A DNA stretch of 35,090 nt from a virus: IMG/VR virus record IMGVR_UViG_3300001528_000176, positions 1 through 35,090 of that record; one strand, given 5' to 3'. The position numbers and the translations under genes are program-made. Of the stretch, positions 1-6,661 are shown one piece after another (position 1 is the first letter of the stretch; each line of letters opens with the position of its first letter). Under the pieces are notes generated by a model. The model saw only the letters and a list, made by a program, of their open reading frames with translations. It was not told the DNA's origin and searched no databases.

Positions 1-75
1 GGGCGGCGCAATTACGGTGAAGACGTTGTAACTGCATCCGCCCGTTTCCCGCTCTGACACAAGCACTAAAGGGGG
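1..75. repeat. 75-bp terminal direct repeat, copy 1 (identical to 35016-35090)
   Basis: GGGCGGCGCAATTACGGTGAAGACG...CACTAAAGGGGG was read at both window ends with no mismatch seen. Confidence 0.95.
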
Positions 76-131
76 AAAAACTCGCCGGGGGGAAGACGAG
101 CACCACGCAGCCTCTCGGCTGGTGTAGCTTT

Positions 132-160
132 ATCATAAATTCGTAATCACGAAATGTCAA
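132..160 (-). promoter_or_regulatory. Near-consensus sigma-70-type promoter firing toward lower coordinates
   Basis: The minus-sense sequence reads TTGACA (155-160), a 17-nt spacer TTTCGTGATTACGAATT, then TATGAT (132-137). Confidence 0.6.
140..153. promoter_or_regulatory. Operator-like palindrome TTCGT-AATC-ACGAA inside the spacer of the 132-160 promoter
   Basis: It has perfect 5-bp inverted arms around AATC. A sister site lies at 168-183. Confidence 0.55.
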
Positions 161-167
161 GGTGTAT

Positions 168-183
168 TTTTGTAATCACAAAA
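168..183. promoter_or_regulatory. Operator-like palindrome TTTTGT-AATC-ACAAAA
   Basis: It has perfect 6-bp inverted arms around the same AATC core as 140-153. It lies between the minus-strand promoter and the XRE gene at 226. Confidence 0.55.
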
Positions 184-225
184 TAATTGTCACTTTGCAT
201 AAATCCATAATAGTATGAGGTCATC

Positions 226-546
226 ATGGACAAGGAACTTTTTGTGCAGAATATCAAGACGCGTTGTGCCGCAAAAGGTGTCAAGCCCACGGTGGCGTGC
301 CGCGAAGCCGGAGTTGGCGTAAGTTTCATAAATGATATTGAGCGAGGACAAACGCCGTCCGTGGCGAAGGTACAGATGCTGGCGCAGTATCTGGGCTGCA
401 CCGTCAGCGACCTGCTGGGCGAGGATCCTACGCCGCCCGATCCCGTGCGGGAGGAATTTGCCCGCCTGCTGGATGGCATGACCGCCGAGCAGCAGAACGA
501 ACTCTTTGCCTTCATGCTCCGCCAGAAGCGCGAGCGGGAGAAATAA
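226..546 (+). CDS. XRE/Cro-CI family HTH transcriptional regulator (106 aa), repressor candidate
   Basis: The HTH signature is ...REAGVGVSFINDIERGQTPSVAKVQMLAQYLGCTVSDLLGE. A GAGG lies 6 nt upstream of the ATG, and operator palindromes lie immediately upstream. Confidence 0.8.
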   Translation: MDKELFVQNIKTRCAAKGVKPTVACREAGVGVSFINDIERGQTPSVAKVQMLAQYLGCTVSDLLGEDPTPPDPVREEFARLLDGMTAEQQNELFAFMLRQKREREK

Positions 547-552
547 AAAACA

Positions 553-567
553 GCGCCCATCGGGCGC
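553..567 (-). terminator. GC hairpin (GCGCCC-ATC-GGGCGC) with a U-run only in minus sense
   Basis: The stem is preceded on the plus strand by AAATAAAAAA, so the minus-sense sequence reads hairpin then TGTTTTTTATTT. It sits between two plus-strand genes, so its role is unclear. Confidence 0.3.
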
Positions 568-586
568 GGGTTGGGGGGAATTGAAT

Positions 587-1255
587 ATGAAAAAGTTGAC
601 GTCGGAAGTTTTGCGCTGGATCGCTGCGGGTTTCTTCGCCGTGTCGGCGCTGGTGTTTCTGCCGTCCCTGGCCAGCGGACTGATGCTGTCGGCGGCCATC
701 CTGACCGCCCCGCTGCCGGGACTGGACGAGATGATCCGCGAGAAGTTCCACCTCAAGAAACCGACCCGCATCGCCATCGTGACGATTGTATTCTTTGCAG
801 CCGCTATGATGACCCCTGCGGCGGAGACGTCCCGGGCGAATGCCCCTGCTGCACCGGCGCGGAGCGTCACTTCACAGGCACAGCTTCCCATCCAGCAGAC
901 AACCTCTGACAAGGAGGACAAATCTGCGGCTGAAGATCCTCAGCCTGCCGATGCGGAGGATGTGCCCCAGGTTGAGGACGAGCCGAAGGCCAACACACCC
1001 GCCACAGACCCAGCGCCCGTTCAGCCGCCTCAGGAGGCCGCGGTCGAGCCGGCAGCGCCCAGCCAGCCGGTGGAGGAGGCGCCCGTCTACACCCCGCCCG
1101 CTACCAACGAGCAGAGCTACACGGTCTACATCACCAGCACTGGGTCTAAGTACCACCGGGCAGGTTGTCGCCACCTGAAGGATAGTCAGATCGCCATCGA
1201 CATTAACGATGCCATCGCTCGGGGATACACCGTTTGCAAGGACTGCGGCGGATAA
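587..1255 (+). CDS. Membrane protein with Pro/Glu-rich linker and C-terminal Cys/His zinc-binding motif
   Basis: The ATG at 587 follows a GGGGGG run. There are about three hydrophobic helices and a P/E/A-rich low-complexity stretch. The C-terminus reads GSKYHRAGCRHLK...GYTVCKDCGG, resembling the small KYH-C...CxxC ('sunset'/Ada-like) domain. Confidence 0.7.
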   Translation: MKKLTSEVLRWIAAGFFAVSALVFLPSLASGLMLSAAILTAPLPGLDEMIREKFHLKKPTRIAIVTIVFFAAAMMTPAAETSRANAPAAPARSVTSQAQLPIQQTTSDKEDKSAAEDPQPADAEDVPQVEDEPKANTPATDPAPVQPPQEAAVEPAAPSQPVEEAPVYTPPATNEQSYTVYITSTGSKYHRAGCRHLKDSQIAIDINDAIARGYTVCKDCGG

Positions 1256-1257
1256 AA

Positions 1258-1280
1258 GCGGTGTCCGAATTGGACACCGC
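1258..1280. repeat. Hairpin palindrome GCGGTGTCC-GAATT-GGACACCGC (copy 1 of 3); candidate parS, also a minus-sense terminator
   Basis: The 21-nt core at 1259-1279 is identical to 16385-16405 and 29712-29732. In minus sense it is followed by TTTTATCC, just downstream of the 1283-1393 ORF. Confidence 0.6.
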
Positions 1281-1282
1281 TC

Positions 1283-1393
1283 CTAAAGGCGACCGCTGTT
1301 TTTGATCGTCCGCGCCGCTTCCAGCGCGTCCAGCTGCGCCGATGGGTCTAAGCTGTCAAATAGCTGCAATAATTCCTCCTCTTGCTCGTTCAT
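1283..1393 (-). CDS. Small acidic protein, 36 aa (MNEQEEELLQLFDSLDPSAQLDALEAARTIKNSGRL)
   Basis: It is too short to appear in the supplied ORF track. A strong SD GAGGAGG lies 8 nt upstream of the ATG, and the hairpin plus U-run at 1258-1280 follows it. Confidence 0.5.
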   Translation of the reverse strand: MNEQEEELLQLFDSLDPSAQLDALEAARTIKNSGRL

Positions 1394-1516
1394 GATTCTT
1401 TCCTCCTCAAAATGGTACTTTTATCTTACCACTTTGGCGGGGTATATCCAGTGAAATGCAAATTCTTTGCAGAAAATTTATAAAAGCGGCAGATTTGTCG
1501 CGGAAAGAGGGAAAAG

Positions 1517-1960
1517 ATGAAGAAAATTACCGCGTTCTTGATGGCCGCCGTTATGGCACTGTCCATCTGTGCCTGCGGCAACACACCCGCCAACAGTGGC
1601 GGCGAGCAGACTAAAGAGCCTGCATCTCCTCCCGATCTGACCGGCGAGTGGAAGCAGGTCAACAGCAACTCTGAGGACGCTTGGCAGGCCGCCACGATCT
1701 CCGGCAGCGAAATCGTCGTAAACTGGGTTTCCGACAATGGCGACACTAAGAGCCTGTACTGGGCGGGGACATTTGTTGCCCCCACCACGGCGGACGAACC
1801 ATATTCCTGGGATTCTCAGAACGACAAAGAGCAGACCTCCCTTGCACTTCTTGCCAGCGGTGACGACACCAAGACGTTCACCTATGCCGACGGTCAGCTG
1901 AGCTACGAAGCCAGTGCCCTCGGCTCCACTATGACCATTCGCATGGAGAAGGTCGGATAA
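1517..1960 (+). CDS. Secreted lipoprotein (147 aa), prophage cargo
   Basis: The signal peptide MKKITAFLMAAVMALSICACG has a lipobox-like Cys. An AGAGGGAAAAG SD lies upstream. Confidence 0.7.
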   Translation: MKKITAFLMAAVMALSICACGNTPANSGGEQTKEPASPPDLTGEWKQVNSNSEDAWQAATISGSEIVVNWVSDNGDTKSLYWAGTFVAPTTADEPYSWDSQNDKEQTSLALLASGDDTKTFTYADGQLSYEASALGSTMTIRMEKVG

Positions 1961-1970
1961 AAAGGCAGAA

Positions 1971-1996
1971 GCCGTGCCCGATTTGGGCACGGCTTT
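1971..1996 (+). terminator. Hairpin GCCGTGCCC-GATTT-GGGCACGGC followed by TTTGCAC
   Basis: The 9-bp GC-rich stem lies directly after the lipoprotein stop codon. The T-tract is short. Confidence 0.45.
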
Positions 1997-2014
1997 GCAC
2001 AAAGGGGTGGTGCT

Positions 2015-3157
2015 GTGATCTGCAAGAACAAGGGTTGTAGACGGGAGATAGATTGCGACAGCGTCTACTGCAAGTGGTGCGGCACCCGGCAGGTGCGGGA
2101 AAAGCGTACCAAGAGCGACGCGCCCACAGCGCGGCAGCTGCCCAGCGGGTCATGGACGTGCCGCGTCCGCGTGGATGGGCGGGATGTCTCCGTCACCCGC
2201 CCATCCAAAGCCGAGGCGCAGGCTGAGGCTATGGCCGTCAAGCACGGCCTCAAAGCCCCAGACACACCCCGCGTCACCATGACGCTGGAGGCTGCCTACA
2301 AAGCCTATATCGAGTCCCGCGATGGCGTTCTGTCTCCCTCCACCGTGGCGGGGTATAAACGCCTCCAGCGCAACACCTTTCAGCGACTCATGCCGATGCA
2401 GCTCTCATCCATCACCTCCGAGCACATTCAGCGGGAGATCTCCGCCATGACAAAGAACAAAAAAAGCCCAAAATACATCGCCAACGCAGAGGGCCTTCTT
2501 TCCTCTGTCCTAAAACAAACCATGCCGGACAAGCACTACTCTCTGCATCTCCCAGCTAAGCGCAAGCCCGACCTTCGACAACCAGACGACAAAGAGATTG
2601 GAGCTATCCTGACCGCCTTCCGCGGCAGCCCTATCGAGCTGCCAGTGCTCATGGCCCTTTGGATGGGTATGCGGATGTCGGAGATCCTCGGCGCACGGCA
2701 CGAAGATATTGACGGCGGAAAACTGCACATCTGCCGGGCGGTCGTCCTGGACGAAAATAACCAGCCCGCGGAGAAGGACAGCGCCAAGACCTATGCTGGA
2801 GACAGGTGGGTCAGCGTCCCCGGCTACATTGCCCAGCTCATCGCGGCCACCGGGCGCGACAGCGGGCCGCTGGTGACTTTCTCCGGGGCAGCTATTTATA
2901 AGCGGTTCGTCCGCACGCTGGATCAGGCAGGCATCCCCCGCTGCCGCTTCCACGACCTCCGGCACATTAACGCCGCCGTCATGGTGCGCCTGGGCGTGGA
3001 CTCGATATATGCCCAGGCGCGAAACGGCTGGGCCTCCGATCGGATGTACAAGCAGGTCTACGCCTATGCCATGTCAGATGAAATGGCCGCGATCAACGAG
3101 AACATAGACGGCTATTTTGGCAACAAAATGACAACGGAAAATCAAAAAAGCACGTAA
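2015..3157 (+). CDS. int: Tyrosine recombinase (phage integrase) with N-terminal zinc ribbon
   Basis: The GTG start follows AAAGGGGTGG. The N-terminus has CKNKGC...CKWCG. The C-terminal catalytic region reads ...MRMSEILGARHEDI..., CRFHDLRHINAAV and ...KQVYAY. An attP-like tRNA 3' end lies downstream. Confidence 0.9.
   Translation: MICKNKGCRREIDCDSVYCKWCGTRQVREKRTKSDAPTARQLPSGSWTCRVRVDGRDVSVTRPSKAEAQAEAMAVKHGLKAPDTPRVTMTLEAAYKAYIESRDGVLSPSTVAGYKRLQRNTFQRLMPMQLSSITSEHIQREISAMTKNKKSPKYIANAEGLLSSVLKQTMPDKHYSLHLPAKRKPDLRQPDDKEIGAILTAFRGSPIELPVLMALWMGMRMSEILGARHEDIDGGKLHICRAVVLDENNQPAEKDSAKTYAGDRWVSVPGYIAQLIAATGRDSGPLVTFSGAAIYKRFVRTLDQAGIPRCRFHDLRHINAAVMVRLGVDSIYAQARNGWASDRMYKQVYAYAMSDEMAAINENIDGYFGNKMTTENQKST
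3121..3141 (+). repeat. Direct repeat CAACAAAATGACAACGGAAAA (left of att core); candidate arm-type site
   Basis: It matches 3352-3372 (CAACGAAATGACAACGAAAAC) with one mismatch and one indel. It overlaps the 3' end of int. Confidence 0.35.
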
Positions 3158-3185
3158 CCATACGGTTTGTAGTCATTTCGCCCAC

Positions 3186-3211
3186 GGGTTCGACTCCCCT
3201 CAGCTCCACCA
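3186..3211 (+). other. tRNA/tmRNA 3'-end-like segment (T-arm + acceptor + CCA): probable attP core
   Basis: GGGTTCGACTCCCCTCAGCTCCACCA gives a T-loop GGTTCGACTCC and an acceptor strand CAGCTCC-A-CCA. No matching 5' half lies upstream, so this is not a complete tRNA gene. Confidence 0.65.
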
Positions 3212-3220
3212 AAAGAGAAA

Positions 3221-3252
3221 ATCGCGTAGCCATGCGGTCTACGCGATTTTTC
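3221..3252 (+). terminator. Rho-independent terminator (ATCGCGTAG-9 nt-CTACGCGAT-TTTTT)
   Basis: A perfect 9-bp stem and a T5 run lie immediately after the tRNA-like CCA end. Confidence 0.6.
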
Positions 3253-3351
3253 TTGCATTTACAGGGGTTCCCGGCGTTTTTGCAGTCTGCCACACCGGCC
3301 GCTACGTCCGCTTTTTGGGACGTTTTCATGGCTTAAAAAGACATCAAGTGT

Positions 3352-3372
3352 CAACGAAATGACAACGAAAAC
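3352..3372 (+). repeat. Direct repeat CAACGAAATGACAACGAAAAC (right of att core); candidate arm-type site
   Basis: It pairs with 3121-3141. It contains an internal CAACGAAA doublet. Confidence 0.35.
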
Positions 3373-3402
3373 AGCCCCGGCTCGTAATGAAGCCGGGGCT
3401 GT
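3362..3402 (-). terminator. Rho-independent terminator ending the 31-kb minus-strand lytic gene train
   Basis: A 12-bp stem ACAGCCCCGGCT/AGCCGGGGCTGT lies just after the endolysin stop codon. The minus-sense sequence continues TTTTCGTTG. Confidence 0.65.
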
Positions 3403-3406
3403 TTCC

Positions 3407-4102
3407 TTACTCCCGCAGCAGCTTCCGCCACGTGTTCTTTCCCACGATGCCGTCTGCCGCCAGGCCGTTGGCGACCTGAAAAGCCACGACCCGCCGATGC
3501 GTCATCGTACCGAAGTCGCCGTCCGCACCGTATGTACCCAGATAGCAGCCTCGACCCAATAACAGCTCCTGCAAAACACGTACCTTGTCGCCCTTGCTAC
3601 CCTTGCTGAGCTGTGGAAACACCGTCGTAAAGCCCTCTGCGGCGCTCTCTGCGGGCTTTCCCGCCGCCGTGCCCTCGGATATCTCCTTGAACGGGAAATG
3701 CGTCCCAGGACAGCCCGTGGCGTTCACGTCGCTGTGCTTCTGCACCTTGCTGATACCGTACTTGTCCTTCAGGTGCTGCACCAGCTCCTGCCCGGCCTTG
3801 CGCTGGGCATCGCCCATTGTCTCGGTCATGAAATTGCCCTCGAAGCAGATGCCGATGCTGTCGTAGTTGTTATTTCCCGCGTGAGCGCCCACCGTGTCCT
3901 CCGGTCTGCCCCGGTACACACTGCCGTCCTTCCGCACAAAGAAGTGGTACCCGATGCCGCTCCATCCGTTGGCCAGATGCCAGCTGTGGATCTGCTGTGC
4001 CGTGCACTTTCTGGCGGCCGCGTGGTGCAGGATAATGCGTGTGGTAGAACGGCGCCTTGTCAGTGCGCCGTTCCACTTGTATGCAACCTCGTTAATTTTC
4101 AT
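3407..4102 (-). CDS. Endolysin: N-acetylmuramoyl-L-alanine amidase (PGRP/amidase_2-like) with C-terminal peptidoglycan-binding domain
   Basis: The N-terminal region reads ...IILHHAA...GWSGIGYHFFV...GAHAGNNNYDSIGICFEGNF.... The C-terminal region reads GDKVRVLQELL...ADGIVGKNTWRKLL. The gene is adjacent to the holin. Confidence 0.9.
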   Translation of the reverse strand: MKINEVAYKWNGALTRRRSTTRIILHHAAARKCTAQQIHSWHLANGWSGIGYHFFVRKDGSVYRGRPEDTVGAHAGNNNYDSIGICFEGNFMTETMGDAQRKAGQELVQHLKDKYGISKVQKHSDVNATGCPGTHFPFKEISEGTAAGKPAESAAEGFTTVFPQLSKGSKGDKVRVLQELLLGRGCYLGTYGADGDFGTMTHRRVVAFQVANGLAADGIVGKNTWRKLLRE

Positions 4103-4400
4103 CGTCTGCCATGCCCTCAGTCTCCGTCTTTACGCGGGACAACTGCTTAAACACCTGATTAACGCCCGTTGCGGTCAGGCCGGACATAATGCCCACGGCG
4201 ACCGCCGTAAAGTAGTCCTCGGCGGGGAAATCCGGCATGTGAAACGCCAGCGCCAGCGCACCGATGATGCCGCCGCACACGCCGCAAATGATGGGGATCC
4301 ACTTGCTGTCCAGCGCCGAAGCCTTCACGATCATGCCGATCAGATAGCAGATGACGATGATAGCGGCAACAGTGGCCACTCCGATAGTGTTGATGTCCAT
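4092..4400 (-). CDS. Holin (102 aa, 3 predicted TM segments)
   Basis: The sequence reads MDINTIGVATVAAIIVICYLIGMIVKA...SKWIPIICGVCGGIIGALALAF.... The SD is GGAAAGG. The gene overlaps the endolysin start. Confidence 0.8.
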   Translation of the reverse strand: MDINTIGVATVAAIIVICYLIGMIVKASALDSKWIPIICGVCGGIIGALALAFHMPDFPAEDYFTAVAVGIMSGLTATGVNQVFKQLSRVKTETEGMADDEN

Positions 4401-4451
4401 AGTTTACCTTTCCTTTCCGCGGCTCACGGCCGCACACAAAATGGTTGTTTC

Positions 4452-4667
4452 CTACTTCGCCTCCAGGTCGGCGATGCGATGATTGATGACCTTGATCTGC
4501 TCCTCCACCACCGGCATTCGGCGGGCGTAGTTGTTGTGCTCCCGCACCTCACGTGCCAGCTCCTCCAGCTTCGTCTCCGTAATGGCCTGCTGTTTGCTGT
4601 TGGCGATCAGTACGCCCATTAGCGTCAACCCTCCGGTGATGATGGCTACGATAATCGTCTCTGTCAT
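4452..4667 (-). CDS. Small N-terminally anchored coiled-coil membrane protein (lysis-cassette accessory)
   Basis: The TM segment is TIIVAIITGGLTLMGVLIA, followed by the heptad-like LEELAREVREH...RIADLEAK. The ATG at 4667 has better SD spacing than the TTG at 4673. Confidence 0.6.
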   Translation of the reverse strand: MTETIIVAIITGGLTLMGVLIANSKQQAITETKLEELAREVREHNNYARRMPVVEEQIKVINHRIADLEAK

Positions 4668-4688
4668 AGGCAAATTTTCCTTTCCATG

Positions 4689-4931
4689 TCACCCATACCA
4701 CGGCTCACTGCCGCCCGTCTTGGGTGACAGCGCCGGCTGGGTGTTTTCTATCTCTCCTGTGCCGCCCGGCCTGTCCGCTGTCGCCTCCCCGCTGCTGGCT
4801 GCGATCCTCTGTCGTTCGTCAGGCAGCTGCACTGTATGCGGGTAGCAAGTGCCCGCATACAGTGTCAGCGCGATGATACCGCCGATGATGACGGTCAGCA
4901 GCAGGTGGTACAGCGCCACAACCTTACACAT
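4689..4931 (-). CDS. Small membrane protein (80 aa), function unknown
   Basis: It has a single TM segment (LYHLLLTVIIGGIIALTLYAG). The ATG overlaps the upstream stop codon, and no clear SD is present. Confidence 0.45.
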   Translation of the reverse strand: MCKVVALYHLLLTVIIGGIIALTLYAGTCYPHTVQLPDERQRIAASSGEATADRPGGTGEIENTQPALSPKTGGSEPWYG

Positions 4932-5367
4932 TGGCGGTCGTCGCCGTCAGCGTGGTGGTCAGATCACCCTTGTAGAGGATCAGCGTGTTCTTCAGGCCCA
5001 GCGTCACCTCGGAAGCCAGCTCAAACACCGCGATAGGCGTGCCGCCAGTCTGGGCAGAGAACAGGCCGATGTGCGTCGCCTTGCCGAACTGCTGCCCCTC
5101 GTTGGGGGCGTCCCAAGTGAGGTTCACGCTGCCGTTGGTGATAGACCCACTGGCCGCAGCGTCCATGTCGGCCTTCAACCGCTTGTAGCCGGTGCTGGCC
5201 GCAGGCTCGGGGAACGCGGTGCATTCCCCCGCTGCGCTAATGGTCGGTGCTGCCGTGGAGAAGCCCAGATAGCAGCTGTTGCTGGTGGGGATGAGGCTCG
5301 TGCCGCCGCTGCCGAAGCGACCGTACAGCGCGTTCAGGATGTTGTTGCGTACATTCGTGCTTACCAT
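4924..5367 (-). CDS. Conserved tail-fibre-associated beta-rich protein (147 aa)
   Basis: The N-terminus VRNNILNALYGR...CYLGFSTAAP...GYKRL... resembles a widespread phage family encoded next to fibre genes. A GGAGG SD supports the ATG at 5367, while the ORF opens at 5382. Confidence 0.55.
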   Translation of the reverse strand: MVSTNVRNNILNALYGRFGSGGTSLIPTSNSCYLGFSTAAPTISAAGECTAFPEPAASTGYKRLKADMDAAASGSITNGSVNLTWDAPNEGQQFGKATHIGLFSAQTGGTPIAVFELASEVTLGLKNTLILYKGDLTTTLTATTANV

Positions 5368-5455
5368 AGTTTTTACCTCCATTTTATAAAATTAGTTTGT
5401 TACTTCTGTTGCCGTCAATGTACCTGTGTCGTCTACGGCGATTTTGAACTTTTGT

Positions 5456-6661
5456 CTATAATTGCAGGAGTTGCGCGTACAACGTAACCTGCACGTCGTT
5501 TGAAGTAAAAGCAGGCGTAATTGTATTTCCATAAGCATTAACATAGCTCAAAACAAAATCTGCGTCTGCACTCGCTCTGCTGATAATTCCGAATCCGCTT
5601 ACAGTGGGAGTCAATATTTTAGGGTCGGCAGTCTCATCAAGAGAATATTCTTCCGCTGCAAAAATTAACTGCGCATCCCCTTCGCTGCTTTTAGACCGCT
5701 TGACATTTGGCATTTGCGAGTATCCTGTCCCGCCAACGGGTTCAAGCGGCACGTTGATAAAAATAGATGCTGCGGCACCGGGCGCTAAATACTTGTTGAA
5801 GTCCTCTTGAGATATGGAAGCTACTCCATTTGTGAAAACCCATGATTTTGCGTCTATCCCTCCTGCTACATTCACCACCGCCGTTACCTTACTCATACCA
5901 TCATACCCGGCATCCGGCGTTACCTCTGTGGTGCCGTTGGAGGTGATGGACACCGACTTCTCCTGCAAGTTTCCTCCAGATGACGGCACATTGACATTTA
6001 GCGCCACCTTGCGGAGGCCGCTTTTCCCCGCCGTGGGCACGATGGTCTGCGCTCCATTCTCTGTAACAAACACGCTCTGGGTGTCCTGCGTCACCTCGGA
6101 CAGCAGGGCATAGAAGTCACTTTCGTTCAGCAGGTTATTTGGCTGCTGGATGCCGAAGGTCACGGCGGCAGGGTCTGTGATTTGGGCATAGCCCGTAACA
6201 GTCCCATCCTTGTCATACAACATCTGTCCCCACCCCGGCTGTGCTGTAAACACCGCCGCGCTTTCGATGTTAAGGATTTCCAGTAGAACAGCGCTGGTAA
6301 GCGACTCGTAGAGGTACAACAGCATCGTCGTCCACGGCGTTTCCGTGACCCCCGTAACGGGTGTTGTGATGCGGATGGAGGCAATGGGTTTTGTGGTCTT
6401 GCCCTCTACTGGTCCGCTGACTGCACCAGCGAAATTGCCTCTGTCCAATTCCCCCAAAAAAGTCCCGTCACCCATGTTCAAAGCAAAAACGCCATCCGTC
6501 AGCTCGTGGGTGGGCGGATCTTGCAAGGTGTAGTTGATGAGGGGTCGCTGGACATAGTAGGTGTTACCGCTGCCGTCTGTCTTGGGCACGGCGATGGTGC
6601 CGATGTCCGTATAGCTTTGTTCCTCGTCATAGAGGTCTTTCAGTTTGATGTTTTCTGCCAT
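5456..6661 (-). CDS. Putative tail fibre / receptor-binding protein (401 aa)
   Basis: It sits in the distal tail module. It has motifs of the type TxVTPDAGYDGMSKVTAVVNV seen in Firmicute phage fibres. The ATG overlaps the upstream TGA, with a GGAGGTG SD. The 3' third of the gene has low GC. Confidence 0.5.
   Translation of the reverse strand: MAENIKLKDLYDEEQSYTDIGTIAVPKTDGSGNTYYVQRPLINYTLQDPPTHELTDGVFALNMGDGTFLGELDRGNFAGAVSGPVEGKTTKPIASIRITTPVTGVTETPWTTMLLYLYESLTSAVLLEILNIESAAVFTAQPGWGQMLYDKDGTVTGYAQITDPAAVTFGIQQPNNLLNESDFYALLSEVTQDTQSVFVTENGAQTIVPTAGKSGLRKVALNVNVPSSGGNLQEKSVSITSNGTTEVTPDAGYDGMSKVTAVVNVAGGIDAKSWVFTNGVASISQEDFNKYLAPGAAASIFINVPLEPVGGTGYSQMPNVKRSKSSEGDAQLIFAAEEYSLDETADPKILTPTVSGFGIISRASADADFVLSYVNAYGNTITPAFTSNDVQVTLYAQLLQL

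Noticed and set aside
1-75. A terminal repeat as a genuine packaged direct terminal redundancy, or as attL/attR of an integrated prophage.
   Set aside because: No host flanking sequence lies outside the repeats, so they are not att sites. The real att-like core is at 3186-3211. The packaging genes are of the HNH/cos type. An assembly overlap of a circular or concatemeric template is the simpler explanation.
553-567. A hairpin after the first XRE gene acting as a plus-strand terminator.
   Set aside because: On the plus strand it is followed by GGGTTGGGGGG, not a U-run. The U-run exists only in minus sense, so it is listed with low confidence as a minus-oriented element of unclear role.
3136-3211. 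A complete tRNA gene ending at the CCA at 3211.
   Set aside because: Only the T-arm, acceptor 3' strand and CCA are recognisable. The ~50 nt upstream cannot pair with CAGCTCC as an acceptor stem and shows no D-arm or anticodon arm. It was scored as an attP fragment instead.
5700-5726. A plus-strand promoter-like TTGACA-15 nt-TATCCT inside the fibre gene.
   Set aside because: The 15-nt spacer is too short and the -10 element is poor. There is no downstream terminator or ORF, unlike the 32934-33040 unit.
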